From NCBI GenBank assembly GCA_965227295.1, contig OZ245742.1:3904001-3968000 (forward strand): DNA of 64,000 nt. The letters run 5' to 3'. The notes under the pieces were generated by a model. It saw nothing but the letters and a program-made list of their open reading frames with translations. It was not told the DNA's origin and did no database searches. This document shows, in pieces, positions 8,882 to 19,171 of the stretch (position 1 is the first letter of the stretch; each line of letters opens with the position of its first letter). This stretch comes from Leptonemataceae bacterium. Its GTDB lineage: Bacteria > Spirochaetota > Leptospiria > Leptospirales > Leptonemataceae. Both the position numbers and the translations under genes were made by a program.

Positions 8882-11800
8882 CTAATTTTCCCCATGATGC
8901 GCGTTGCCGATCAACCGTGCGTGGATCACGTAAAAAACCGGGATGATGATCAACACGCTCGTCGTGCCGACCAGCAGGCCCCAGGTCATCGCCATTACCA
9001 TGGGCGAAATGAACGGATGAAAGCCGCCGATGAAACCGTAGGCCGTGGGGATGAGCCCCGCCACCGTCGTGAACGTGGTCAGGGCGATGGGCCGCAGACG
9101 GGTGCGAGCGCCCTCGCGGACCGCTAATACAAACTCATCGTAACTCAGCGGGCGCAACCGGCCTTCGTCGTCCCGGCGCAGGCGGTTGATGTAATCCACC
9201 ATGATCAACGAGTCGTTTACGACGACGCCGGTGAAGCCCAGGATGCCGATCATGGCGAGCATGGACACCGGCATGGCGTGCAGCGGGAAGGCCAGGAGGA
9301 TGCCCACGAGTCCGAACGGAATCGCCAGGATCACCATGGCCGGCTGGGAGAACGAGTTGAACTGCACGACCAGCAGGAAGTACATGCACACCACGGCGAC
9401 CAGGATCGCGGCGATCATCTGGTTCTGGAAGCGCGCGCTTTCTTCGGCCTCGCCGCCGAAGTTGAGCTTGTATCCCGGGTGCTGTTTTTCGAAGCCGGCG
9501 AATTTCGCCTTAAGATTTGCGTAGACGCTGTTAATGTCTTTGTCGGCCGGGACGTTGCCGGTGAGTTTGTTCGATCGATACGAATTGTAATGAAAGTAGG
9601 CCAGGGGCGAGCGCACCCTGCTTTCGCGGACCAGATTTTCAATAGGGATCAGGTTGCCGGTGAAATTGCGGACGCGTAACTTGCGCAGTGGATCGGCGGC
9701 GCCTTCAGCGGTGTGGGCGTCGGCCAGCATTACGCGAAAGGCAATGCGTTCGTCGGGTGTTTGTAAGTGCGTGACGACGGTGCCGTCGAAGGCCGTACGG
9801 ATGTTGCTCGCAATTTGCGCGACGTGCAGCCCGGACTCGGCGATACGTTCGTAGTTCGGCAACAGCCGAATCTCCCGCTTGCCCTCGCGCATGTCACTGT
9901 TGATGTCGATGACGCCGGCGGCCTGCATTTCCGTGCGCAGGTTCTCGAGGATCCTGCGGCGTTCCGCGTCCTCCGGTCCCATGATCTGGATTTCGACGGG
10001 CTGACCGACGGGCGGCCCGCCGCCGTCGATGTAGAACGAAAGTGTGAACAGGTTCTCCGGATCGATCTTATGCACCTCGGCTTCGATCCAGTCGCGGACC
10101 CACTGCGCGGATTGATCGCGCTCACTGGCCGGGACCAATGTGACCTCCGTCATGAAACTCGACGACAGGAGGATTACCGAATCCGTCCCTGGATCGTACT
10201 CGTGGCCGACGAACGTTTTGTAGGTATGCAACATGCCGTCGGGAATACGATCCAGTACGCCTTCGATACGTTCGGTCAGGCGGTTCGTATAGTCGAGGTT
10301 GCTGCCGCGCGGGACCTGGCCCAGGATCCACATGCGATACGCGCGATCTTTCGGGAACATCTCGAACTCCGCGAACAGTGCACCGAAGACGCTGCCGAAT
10401 AACAGGAAGCCGAGGAACAACAGGCTCGTAAAGTAGGGCCGGGCGAGGCTGTAGTCCAGCACGCGCGTGTAGATCGCCTCCATCCTCACGAACAGACGCC
10501 GCCCGGGCGGTTCGTCGCCGCGGAGCCCCAGGCGTCTGCCGGCAGCACCGATCCACGCACGCAGCGGATCGCTAATGTAGTTTTTGCGAAACTCAGCGAT
10601 GAGCGACGTATTGACGCTGCGCCGGGTACTGCCTCCGTCGCCGGGATGCTCCGTGCCCAGGTGAGCCGGCAGGATCGTCGTGGCTTCGATGAACGACGCC
10701 ACGAGCATGATGATCACCACCGTGGGAATTTCCCGCGAAAAATCGCCGACGATGCCGGGAATGAAGTACATCGGCAGGAACGCGATGATGGTTGTGACGA
10801 TCGTACCCAGCACGGGCCGGACCACGTTCGCGAGGCCCGTCACGGCGGACTCCTGCATGGACAGGCCTTCTTCCTGTGCGCGATAGATGCTCTCCGCGAT
10901 GATGATGGCGTCGTCGACGATCATGCCCAGCACGACGATCACACCGACGAGGGAGATACTGTTGATGGTAATGCCCAGCCAGGGAAAGAGTACGATGGCG
11001 ATGGCAATGGACAGCGGGATGCCGGCCGCGGTCCAGAAGGCGATGCGGCGATCCAGAAACAAAAACAGAATCACCACGAGTAACGTGAGACCCAGGGCGG
11101 CGTTGCCGTACATGATGCCGAGCATATCGCGGGTTTCGATCGATGAGTCCCACGTCGATTCGAAGCGAATCTCCGGCGGCGCGATGCCGTCGCGATACTC
11201 GCCGATGACTGCCTTGATGCGATCCACGGCGTAGATCACGTCGTAGGCCCACTTCTTTGTGACGAAGAGCGAGACGCCCGGCCGTCCCTGATACTTCACA
11301 ATGTTGTAGCGCGGGGCGAAACCGTCCACCACGGTGCCCACGTCCCGGATGCGCACGCTGCCGCCGCCGATGCTGGAACGCACGATGATGTTGGCGACGT
11401 CTTCCGGCGTTTCAAACTCCGAGAACGTGACGATGCCCGTTTCCGTCGTGTAGGATTCCAGGTTGCCGCCGCTCACGCGCAGCTTGTTTAATCGAATCGC
11501 CTCGATGACCTCGTCGAAAGAAATGTAACGTGCGGCGAGTTTGTCCCGATCCAGCAGGATTTGAATCTCCCGATCGCGGATGCCCACCTCCTCGACACCC
11601 GAGACGAACGCCAGATCGAGCAGTTTTTTTCTTAACTGCCGTGCATGGAATCTTAAGAGTCGTTCTCCGGCGACGCTCATGTCGCCTTCCTGCGAAAGGG
11701 TGAGGGAGATCTCGTAGACCGGCTGGTAGTCGATCTTGATGTCGTTCACCGTCGGGCGTTCCTCGACTTCCTCGGGCAGGTCCGAGACCCGGTCCACCGC

Positions 11801-12142
11801 CGTGCGGATGTCGTTCTTCACGTCCTCGGGATCGTCGGCGTCCGGATCGATGTAGACCTGGATGAACGATACGTTCTCCGTGCTCCGCGAGATGTACTTT
11901 TCGATGCCGCTGACTTCTTTGAGGGCCTCTTCCAGTTTGACCGTGACGTTCAGCTCGACGTCCTCCGGCGAGGCCCCGGGGAAGATGGTGGTGATGTTGA
12001 CCTTGCCGAGGTCCACGCGCGGGTAGGCCTGGCGCTGGACGCGCAAGAGCGACGCCCCGGCAATCAGGACGATTAGCACGAGCACGAGGTTCGTCAACAG
12101 GGGGCGCAGAATCAGATAACGCGCGAGCCGGGTCACGAGCAA
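8882..12142 (-). CDS. RND efflux transporter permease subunit (AcrB/AcrD/AcrF family)
   Basis: 1086 aa; FPGASPEDVE, TM4 GMIVDDAIIIAE, GVVVNDSLI and RLRPIALT motifs; TTG start is uncertain. Confidence 0.92.
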   Translation of the reverse strand: MLVTRLARYLILRPLLTNLVLVLIVLIAGASLLRVQRQAYPRVDLGKVNITTIFPGASPEDVELNVTVKLEEALKEVSGIEKYISRSTENVSFIQVYIDPDADDPEDVKNDIRTAVDRVSDLPEEVEERPTVNDIKIDYQPVYEISLTLSQEGDMSVAGERLLRFHARQLRKKLLDLAFVSGVEEVGIRDREIQILLDRDKLAARYISFDEVIEAIRLNKLRVSGGNLESYTTETGIVTFSEFETPEDVANIIVRSSIGGGSVRIRDVGTVVDGFAPRYNIVKYQGRPGVSLFVTKKWAYDVIYAVDRIKAVIGEYRDGIAPPEIRFESTWDSSIETRDMLGIMYGNAALGLTLLVVILFLFLDRRIAFWTAAGIPLSIAIAIVLFPWLGITINSISLVGVIVVLGMIVDDAIIIAESIYRAQEEGLSMQESAVTGLANVVRPVLGTIVTTIIAFLPMYFIPGIVGDFSREIPTVVIIMLVASFIEATTILPAHLGTEHPGDGGSTRRSVNTSLIAEFRKNYISDPLRAWIGAAGRRLGLRGDEPPGRRLFVRMEAIYTRVLDYSLARPYFTSLLFLGFLLFGSVFGALFAEFEMFPKDRAYRMWILGQVPRGSNLDYTNRLTERIEGVLDRIPDGMLHTYKTFVGHEYDPGTDSVILLSSSFMTEVTLVPASERDQSAQWVRDWIEAEVHKIDPENLFTLSFYIDGGGPPVGQPVEIQIMGPEDAERRRILENLRTEMQAAGVIDINSDMREGKREIRLLPNYERIAESGLHVAQIASNIRTAFDGTVVTHLQTPDERIAFRVMLADAHTAEGAADPLRKLRVRNFTGNLIPIENLVRESRVRSPLAYFHYNSYRSNKLTGNVPADKDINSVYANLKAKFAGFEKQHPGYKLNFGGEAEESARFQNQMIAAILVAVVCMYFLLVVQFNSFSQPAMVILAIPFGLVGILLAFPLHAMPVSMLAMIGILGFTGVVVNDSLIMVDYINRLRRDDEGRLRPLSYDEFVLAVREGARTRLRPIALTTFTTVAGLIPTAYGFIGGFHPFISPMVMAMTWGLLVGTTSVLIIIPVFYVIHARLIGNAHHGEN

Positions 12143-12182
12143 AACGCTTTACAGAGACCCGGAAAAGGCAAGCACTATCCCC

Positions 12183-13133
12183 ATGTTCTTTCGGTACCGC
12201 CGCGGCTTGTTCCGGATTATCGTCGGCGCGCTGTTGCCCGCCGCGCTCAGTGCCCAGGATCTGGCTTCGATCCCGACGTTGCAATCGCGGGTTAGCGATA
12301 CGGTCAATTTGTTGAGCGACGAGGAGATCGAACGCATTGAAGCGTTGTCCGCGAGGCTGGAAGAACGTAAGGGTTCGCAGATCGCCGTGCTCACGGTGGC
12401 GTCGACGGAGCCCGAGAGCATCGAACAGTACGCCATTCGCGTGGCGGAACAATGGAAGATCGGCCGGGCCGGGGTGGACGACGGCATCATTCTCATCGTC
12501 GCGCATCGTGATCGCAAGGTTCGCATCGAAGTCGGTTACGGCCTGGAGGGAGCCGTGCCGGACGCCGCGGCGAAGCGGATCATCGAAGAAGATCTGGTGC
12601 CGAACTTTCGTTTTGATCGTTACGGCGCGGGCATCGAGGCGGCGGTGGAATCGCTCATCGAACGCATCGAGCCCGAGGCGCTACCGCCGCCGACGTTCGA
12701 AGAGCGCGCGGATGCCTTCCTGCTGGAGCAGCGCGGCTGGATCGACGAGTACTATCTGCCGTTCGTCTTCGTGGTGCTGGGCTTGTGTTTGGTCATCGCC
12801 CTCGCGCGGAACAGTTTCGTGCTCGGTTTGCTTCTGCCGGTTGGCCTGATCGCTCCGGCGGCGTTGCCCATCGCGTACTTTTTGCACGTGGAGTGGCTGG
12901 TCTTTACCGGCGTTTTTTTCATGGCCTATCTCACGGTGCTCCTGCTCATCTATGGCAACATGAACTCCAGTGGCCGCGGCGGTTCCCGAAGTTCCAGCGG
13001 CTATCGTTCGTCCGGTTACTCGTCGTCCTCGTATAGCAGTAATCGCAGTTACAGTAGTTCGAGTTCTTCGTCGTCTTCGTGGAGCGGGGGCGGCGGTTCC
13101 TTCGGCGGCGGTGGGGCCAGCGGGAGTTGGTAA
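12183..13133 (+). CDS. TPM domain (YgcG family) membrane protein
   Basis: Signal peptide; QIAVLTV, DDGIILIVA..DRKVRIEVGYGLEG motifs; TM helices; Ser/Gly tail ending GGGGSFGGGGASGSW. Confidence 0.93.
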   Translation: MFFRYRRGLFRIIVGALLPAALSAQDLASIPTLQSRVSDTVNLLSDEEIERIEALSARLEERKGSQIAVLTVASTEPESIEQYAIRVAEQWKIGRAGVDDGIILIVAHRDRKVRIEVGYGLEGAVPDAAAKRIIEEDLVPNFRFDRYGAGIEAAVESLIERIEPEALPPPTFEERADAFLLEQRGWIDEYYLPFVFVVLGLCLVIALARNSFVLGLLLPVGLIAPAALPIAYFLHVEWLVFTGVFFMAYLTVLLLIYGNMNSSGRGGSRSSSGYRSSGYSSSSYSSNRSYSSSSSSSSSWSGGGGSFGGGGASGSW

Positions 13134-13182
13134 TCGTAACCTTCCCTGGAACGTTTCACATCGGAGCACGTCGAATCACACT

Positions 13183-13485
13183 ATGAGCAACATCGAAAAC
13201 CTGGTCGGCCTGGAAGTTACGGACGAGGCCGCTTATCAAAAGTATCGCGAAGGCATGTTGCCGATTCTCGCGCGTTACGGCGGCGGCTTTCGCTACGACT
13301 TTCGCATTGCAGAAACGCTGAAGTCCGAAGTCGACGCGAAGATCAACCGATTGTTCATGATCCACTTTCCTGATCGTGCATCGAAGGACGGCTTCTTCGG
13401 TGACGCGGAGTACCTGGCGGTGCGCCGCGAATTCTTCGAGCCGGCGGTGGCGGCGGTGACGATTCTGGCCGAGTACGAGCGCTAG
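13183..13485 (+). CDS. DUF1330 family protein
   Basis: LVGLEVTD..AYQKYR..MLPIL..YGGGF.YDF and INRLF.IHFPD motifs; start at the ATG at 13183. Confidence 0.85.
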   Translation: MSNIENLVGLEVTDEAAYQKYREGMLPILARYGGGFRYDFRIAETLKSEVDAKINRLFMIHFPDRASKDGFFGDAEYLAVRREFFEPAVAAVTILAEYER

Positions 13486-13494
13486 CCTTTTGCG

Positions 13495-14352
13495 ATGAGA
13501 ACCTATTCGCTGCACAGCGGGCTACGCTGGTTCGCTTTTATTCTTCTGGAGATTGGCGTCATGTGCGGCGTCATCATTGGCGCAGGTACGTTTTCGGAAC
13601 CGCTTCGTTATCTCTTCGGCGGATTCATCGTGTTGCTGGCGGTAGGTGCGGTCCAGGCCTGGAGGTCTGGTTGCAAGATCGTCGAGTTGTCGAACGGGCA
13701 GGGCGATCGGCCGCTACTCGTACTAACCATGCCCGGCAAGCGAGTTGAGCTTGATCTGCGAAGCGCCCGCATAGAGCGTACTATGATACCTCTGCATTTG
13801 AAGCTAGCAGCCGAAAACCGAAAGACGGTGGTTCGGCTGCCCTATCAAGGTAGGGAATATGTGGATTGCGAGGCACGCCTGGCTCAATTGGCCCCGCACT
13901 TGTGCGAAATACAGTTGCCGCTGTTCCTGGAACGAAGCTGGCAGCGGGAGGTCTGTATGACTGTTTTGCTGGCGATTTGCATGTTGGCTCTGGGGTTTTC
14001 CATCGATGTCGCCGGGATGTATTGGTGGATCATCACATCGCTTGTCATGGTCGGTTCCGCCAGCGTTGTTGGTGTCTTCTTTTTATTTCGAGGCGTCGAG
14101 TTCACGACGAATCGTATCAGCCTTCTTTACGGCCTTCGGAAGCGAGAGGCGGTACCCGTGAAGCAACTGCTCGGCCTGCGGATGGCGCGGATATCGAGAT
14201 TAAGGCAACTCCAAATTCTCATTCGCGGTCACGATCCAGTGTCGTTACCGGCAGATTTGCCTTTGCCCCGCGGCCTCTCGCCCGGACTCTTCGGCCGGGG
14301 AATTGCTCGACTCTACAACGTCCCTTTTAAGGATCGAAATGAGTCTGAATGA
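13495..14352 (+). CDS. Hypothetical membrane protein (two TM hairpins, each followed by a soluble domain)
   Basis: 285-aa ORF in operon context; hydrophobic hairpins; motifs shared with the downstream gene. Confidence 0.7.
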   Translation: MRTYSLHSGLRWFAFILLEIGVMCGVIIGAGTFSEPLRYLFGGFIVLLAVGAVQAWRSGCKIVELSNGQGDRPLLVLTMPGKRVELDLRSARIERTMIPLHLKLAAENRKTVVRLPYQGREYVDCEARLAQLAPHLCEIQLPLFLERSWQREVCMTVLLAICMLALGFSIDVAGMYWWIITSLVMVGSASVVGVFFLFRGVEFTTNRISLLYGLRKREAVPVKQLLGLRMARISRLRQLQILIRGHDPVSLPADLPLPRGLSPGLFGRGIARLYNVPFKDRNESE

Positions 14353-15343
14353 TTCATCAGGTCCGCCCGTGCCCACAGCGATTCGCTACTCTCTCTCCGG
14401 CCCGCCGACCATTGCCGGCATCATCATCCTCGGCGGCGGTGTGTTGATCACGCTCATCCTGTTGCCGGTCATGATTCTGGAAAGTCGCCCGCTGAACGCT
14501 TGGCTCGCGCTGATCCCGGCGCTTGCGCCCCTGTATATCGGCGGGCTGTGGACGCTCCGCATCGGCCTGAAAGCAGTCACACTAACCGGCACACATATCA
14601 TCTTAACGATGCCCCTGCGAACCGTGCGCAGCATCGCCTACGAGGCCGCGACGGTTTCGCCGGGGAACAGTTTTCTCGCGCGCATTCACCTGGAAATCCG
14701 CGGCCCGGACTCAACCACCGGTTGTGCCACGGTGATCCGCATCCCCATCAACGTACAAACGTATCCGGACCTCGAAGCCGAGCTGATCCGTCGCGCGCCG
14801 CAGTTAATGCACACGGCCATGCAGCGCAACGAACGCGATCCGAACGCGCCCATCGTCGGCAGCCGGCGCCTGGAGTTCAGTATCCTGATCGGCGGCGGCA
14901 CGGCCCTCGGTCTTGCGTTTTATGTTTTGATCTGGGTGTCGTCGCTGTTCGGGCGCAAGCCCATGGAGACCGACGACTGGATCGTGGGCATTCTGTTTAC
15001 GCTTCTTGGCCTGGCCGTGATGGCCGGCGGGATCTATTACGCATGCCGCGGCCTCACGTACATTAAGTTTACTCAAAATGATGTTACGGGCAAGAGTCTC
15101 CTGCGTGAACTCTGGCGCCGCCCCGCCGGGCGCCTGGAAGAAATCGAAATCCAGCGCATTCGCAAAACCGTCAAGGGCATGGAGTATTTCGAGGATCACA
15201 TTTTCCTGCACTTCGCGGGGGCGGGCCCTTCCATTGAAGTGCAGCAGTTGCTCGCCATGCGTACGGGCTACCGGCCGCGGGACCTGGCGGCAGTGCTCGC
15301 GGGGATGTATGCTGTACCGTTACGGGAAAACGCATCCCAATGA
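14339..15343 (+). CDS. Hypothetical membrane protein, probable paralog of the upstream gene
   Basis: 334 aa from the ATG at 14339; same two-hairpin architecture. Confidence 0.75.
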   Translation: MSLNDSSGPPVPTAIRYSLSGPPTIAGIIILGGGVLITLILLPVMILESRPLNAWLALIPALAPLYIGGLWTLRIGLKAVTLTGTHIILTMPLRTVRSIAYEAATVSPGNSFLARIHLEIRGPDSTTGCATVIRIPINVQTYPDLEAELIRRAPQLMHTAMQRNERDPNAPIVGSRRLEFSILIGGGTALGLAFYVLIWVSSLFGRKPMETDDWIVGILFTLLGLAVMAGGIYYACRGLTYIKFTQNDVTGKSLLRELWRRPAGRLEEIEIQRIRKTVKGMEYFEDHIFLHFAGAGPSIEVQQLLAMRTGYRPRDLAAVLAGMYAVPLRENASQ

Positions 15344-15349
15344 AAAACC

Positions 15350-16678
15350 TTGACCGTGATAGACATGCTCCCGTCTGATCACCACATGCGCGCTTATCTC
15401 GCAGATTTGATTGCCGGTGCTTTTGTCTTTCTGTTCGTCTTCGGCGTACATTTTCACAGCTCTAATTCCGACGCCTACTCCGATCCGGTCTGGGCGACCT
15501 GGACCGGGGTCAGTCTGCTGAAAGAAGGCGATGCGGACCTCGATGAGTACGCCGCCTTTGTCCATAAAGTCAACTACGCAACGGTTACAATCGACGGCCG
15601 CCTGTACTACGAGTTTCCCATCGGCTCGTCCCTGGTGGCGATGCCGTTTCTATTCATCGTCGATCATTTGCCCGACCGTTATCTGTTCTTTACGTTGCGC
15701 GGTTATACGAATCGAGATCCCCATCAACTCGTGCACGCCTTTGCGGCCGGCGGCGTCGTGGCCCTGGCGATGCTCGTTGCCTATGCGCTTGCCCGAATTC
15801 ACACGAGTATTCCGGGGGCCGCATGTTTCGCGATGGTCTTTGCTTTCGGAACGAGTCTCTGGTCCACGGCAAGCCTGGCCTTGTGGCAGCACGGTCCATC
15901 GGTCTGCATGCTCTTGCTGACCGTCTATTGTCTGGCAAAGGCGCGGGAGAATCCGCGGTGGGTCTGGCTCGCCGGGGTCCCGCTGGCAATGGCGTTCGTG
16001 GTCCGCCCGCTGAACGCGATTCCCGTCGTCGTGTTGAGCGCGTACGTTTGCGTTGCGCATCTGCGCCGGTTGCCCGGATTTCTGGGCGGCGCCGGGCTCG
16101 TGGCCTTGCCGTTTCTGGCATACAACTGGAGTCTGTACGGCTGGATCTTTTCGCCGTACTACGCGGCGAATCGCATCGCCGGTGCACAGTCGCAGTACTG
16201 GGAGGCGGTGGCCGCGAACCTGGTCAGCCCGGCGCGGGGTCTGCTCGTGTACTCGCCGTTTCTCGTGCTGGTTCCGTGGGGCATGTTCCGCATGTTTCAT
16301 CGCGGGGAACGACCCGCGTTGCTCCTGAGCGTGGCCCTGATTCCTGTGATCCATCTATTCGTACTTTCAAATTTTTCGCATTGGTGGTTGGGCCTGTCCT
16401 ACGGTCCCCGAGGCATGATCGACGTGCTGCCGTTCTTGATGTTCCTGATGTTGCCGTTCTTTGTGCGGGATTTCTGGATGTCGTTACGCCGCGCGGTCAG
16501 AGTGTTGCTCGCCGTGTTTCTGGGAATTTGTATCTTGTGGTCCGGATTCGTTCACTATCGCGGCGCAAACGAACGCGGGCCGAAGGACTGGGGCTTTCAG
16601 CCGCTTTCGATCGACGACGACAGCAGCCGCGTGTGGGATTGGAAGGACCCGCAGTTCTGGCGTGGGCTGGGGGACTGA
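15350..16678 (+). CDS. Polytopic membrane glycosyltransferase-like protein (GT-C/PMT-like)
   Basis: About 10-12 TM helices; early acidic loop (SDAYSD); FPIGSSL, ALWQH, SPARGLLVYSP and WW.G.SYGPR motifs; start uncertain. Confidence 0.65.
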   Translation: MTVIDMLPSDHHMRAYLADLIAGAFVFLFVFGVHFHSSNSDAYSDPVWATWTGVSLLKEGDADLDEYAAFVHKVNYATVTIDGRLYYEFPIGSSLVAMPFLFIVDHLPDRYLFFTLRGYTNRDPHQLVHAFAAGGVVALAMLVAYALARIHTSIPGAACFAMVFAFGTSLWSTASLALWQHGPSVCMLLLTVYCLAKARENPRWVWLAGVPLAMAFVVRPLNAIPVVVLSAYVCVAHLRRLPGFLGGAGLVALPFLAYNWSLYGWIFSPYYAANRIAGAQSQYWEAVAANLVSPARGLLVYSPFLVLVPWGMFRMFHRGERPALLLSVALIPVIHLFVLSNFSHWWLGLSYGPRGMIDVLPFLMFLMLPFFVRDFWMSLRRAVRVLLAVFLGICILWSGFVHYRGANERGPKDWGFQPLSIDDDSSRVWDWKDPQFWRGLGD

Positions 16679-16710
16679 GCCACGCCTTTTTCCGGCCTAC
16701 GCCGTGCGAC

Positions 16711-18360
16711 TCAAATCACCACACCCGGCCGTTCGCCGGTAGGATCGCCGTCGCGTAGCGCGGTCACACCGTTGACGATCACGTGCGCAATGCCTTCCGG
16801 ATACTGCGCCTTCAGGTACGTCGCCCGATCCTGCACGCGCAGCGGATCGAAGACCACCACGTCCGCGGCGTAGTTCAGCGCGATGCGTCCGCGGATCTCG
16901 TCGATACCCAGAATTTCCGCGGGGAGCGAAGTCATTTTGCGGATCGCCTCCTCCATCGAAATTACGCCTTTGTCGCGCACGTACTCGCCGAGCACCTTCG
17001 GGAACGAACCGAAGTTGCGCGGATGGGCCGCGCCGCTTCCGGTGGTGAGGGCGGCGCCGTCCGAAGCAATGGCGCAGTGCGGATAGCGCAGGAGCTTCCT
17101 GAGATTTTCCTCGGACATGCCGAAGCCCACCATGGTGGCGTTGCCGCCGCTCTGGATCAAGATGTCGCAGAGCAGGTCGTACGGGTCCCGCCCCAGGCGG
17201 GCGGCGGCCGCGTCCAGGCGCCGACCGCTCAGCCCGGAATAGGCGCCGCTAATATACGATAGCATTACCTTATCGTAACCACCGAGCGACGTAACCTTGC
17301 GTTCCACGTCCGCGCGAATCGCGGCGCGTTCACCGGAGTTGCGCAGGCGCGCGAGAAAGTCCGCCCCGTCGCCCTGGCGTGCGGCGATGGGAAACAGATT
17401 CGCGAGGCCGTTGTTGTAAGCGATATAGGGATAACGATCGCACGTCGCCCGGCGGCGCAGCCCGCGAGCGGAGTCCAGGCGATCCAGCATGGCGTCCAGT
17501 TTGTTCCAGTTACGCGTTCCCTGGGCCTTAATGTGACTCACGTGTAAGTTAGCACCGGCCCGGCGCGCAATGTCGATGGCCTCGTCCAGGGCCTCCAGGA
17601 CGTGATCGTCCTCGTTGCGCAGATGCGTAACGTACGTGCCGGCTTCCCGGGCGTAGGCGATGAGTTCGCGTTTCGTGGCATAGGCGCCCGGCAGGTACTC
17701 GAGGCCGCTGGAAACGAAACGCCCGCCGCCGCGCATCGCAACCCGCAGGGTTTTTACGGCCTCGCGCAGTTCCCACTCCGTGAGCGCCCGCGCATCGTCC
17801 AGAGCGACGTACTGGCGCAACGCCGACGCGCCGATCATACTCACAACGTTGACGGCCACCTCTTTACGACGGAGGGCGCGATGGTAGCCCGGGAAGTCCC
17901 ACCACACGTCTTCCTCCGGCACGCCGGAGTTCTTGAGATACTGCCGCCATTCTTTGCCGCGGACCCAGAGGATCGGGGCCGGCGAGCGTCCGTCCTGACC
18001 GACGACTTCCGTCGTAACGCCCTGACGAATCTTCGACTCCGCCAGGGGATTCCAGAAGAGCGTGTAGTCGCTGTGGGAGTGCAGATCGATGAAACCGGGC
18101 GCCACGGCCAGGCCGCGCGCTTCGACTTCCTCGGTGCCGGTTTTATTCTGAAGATTGCCGATGGCCGCGATGCGCCCGCGGGAGATGCCGACGTCGCTCA
18201 CGAAACCTTCGGCTCCCGTGCCGTCATAGACCGTACCGCCGCGGATGAGCACGTCGAAGTCTCCGCGAAAGAAGGTGCGGCGTCCGAGGGCACAGCTGTT
18301 GGCCAGCGCTGCCGCGCCCGCGAGTCCGGCGGCTTTTTGTAGGAACTCCTTACGATTCAC
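16711..18360 (-). CDS. N-acyl-D-amino-acid deacylase (D-aminoacylase), Tat/lipoprotein-like signal
   Basis: GGTVYDGTG, APGFIDLHSHSD, QGVTTEVVGQDG, HPRNFGSFPKVLG and ADVVVFDP motifs; N-terminal NRKEFL...LANSC. Confidence 0.92.
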   Translation of the reverse strand: MNRKEFLQKAAGLAGAAALANSCALGRRTFFRGDFDVLIRGGTVYDGTGAEGFVSDVGISRGRIAAIGNLQNKTGTEEVEARGLAVAPGFIDLHSHSDYTLFWNPLAESKIRQGVTTEVVGQDGRSPAPILWVRGKEWRQYLKNSGVPEEDVWWDFPGYHRALRRKEVAVNVVSMIGASALRQYVALDDARALTEWELREAVKTLRVAMRGGGRFVSSGLEYLPGAYATKRELIAYAREAGTYVTHLRNEDDHVLEALDEAIDIARRAGANLHVSHIKAQGTRNWNKLDAMLDRLDSARGLRRRATCDRYPYIAYNNGLANLFPIAARQGDGADFLARLRNSGERAAIRADVERKVTSLGGYDKVMLSYISGAYSGLSGRRLDAAAARLGRDPYDLLCDILIQSGGNATMVGFGMSEENLRKLLRYPHCAIASDGAALTTGSGAAHPRNFGSFPKVLGEYVRDKGVISMEEAIRKMTSLPAEILGIDEIRGRIALNYAADVVVFDPLRVQDRATYLKAQYPEGIAHVIVNGVTALRDGDPTGERPGVVI

Positions 18361-18447
18361 AGGGCTGTTGCATCCTTCCGGACGGCCGTGGCGTAAAGCC
18401 CGAAAAACTCTGTTGACCCGCGGCCCGCGCCGAAACCCCTGAACGGC

Positions 18448-19047
18448 ATGAGCGAAGCGGAGCAGAGCGCGCTATTGTGGGCGGCCTTTGAGCAGATCGA
18501 CGCGGCAAACGGCAACGATCCAAACACCGAGCAAGACGAGGCCGGCAACGATCAGCCCAAGGAACTGCTGTATGCGCGACGCATGACCGCCGAACTCGCG
18601 CGTTTTGCGCCGCAGGCTTCGGAGGCGCTGCAACTGGCTGCGCGGGCCCAGCATATCCGTCGCTGGGAAATCCCGCGCAAAGATTTTCCCATGGATCGCG
18701 CCGGCTATCACCAGTGGCGGACGACGCTCTACAAATTCCACGCGGATCGCGCGGCGGAAATTCTGGAAGGGGTGGGCTACGATGCGGAAACCATCGATCG
18801 GGTGCGGCATCTCATTCAGAAGAAAAGCCTGCGGAGCGACGAGGGTACGCAGACACTGGAAGATGTGATTTGCCTGGTCTTTTTGCAGTACTACTTTCTG
18901 GACTTCGCGAAAGAGCATCCGGAAGAGAAGGTCATCGACATCTTACAAAAAACCTGGAAGAAGATGAGCAATGCCGGACACGAGGCCGCGCTGCAACTGG
19001 ACCTGCCGGTCGAGGCGAAGCGGTTGATTTCGCTGGCGCTTTCTTGA
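18448..19047 (+). CDS. DUF4202 family protein
   Basis: IDAAN..DPN, PKELLYA.RM, AQHIRRWEIPR..FPM.RAGY..WR and QTLEDVICLVF motifs. Confidence 0.9.
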   Translation: MSEAEQSALLWAAFEQIDAANGNDPNTEQDEAGNDQPKELLYARRMTAELARFAPQASEALQLAARAQHIRRWEIPRKDFPMDRAGYHQWRTTLYKFHADRAAEILEGVGYDAETIDRVRHLIQKKSLRSDEGTQTLEDVICLVFLQYYFLDFAKEHPEEKVIDILQKTWKKMSNAGHEAALQLDLPVEAKRLISLALS

Positions 19048-19171
19048 GCCGACGCCCGCCGGCGGCATTCCTACTCATTTACCAGGAAAAAAACTCGACA
19101 CACGCGGGATTTTTCCTTTTCTGTCTTGAATTCCGCAAAATACCGGATATGTACACGAGCGGCACATTAAT

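Noticed and set aside
12149..12526. Minus-strand ORFs upstream of the RND gene (also 11412-12506) as a possible MFP partner
   Set aside because: They overlap the clear TPM gene on the other strand and lack MFP features.
12968..13130. Ser/Gly low-complexity tract
   Set aside because: Normal C-terminal tail of TPM/YgcG proteins.
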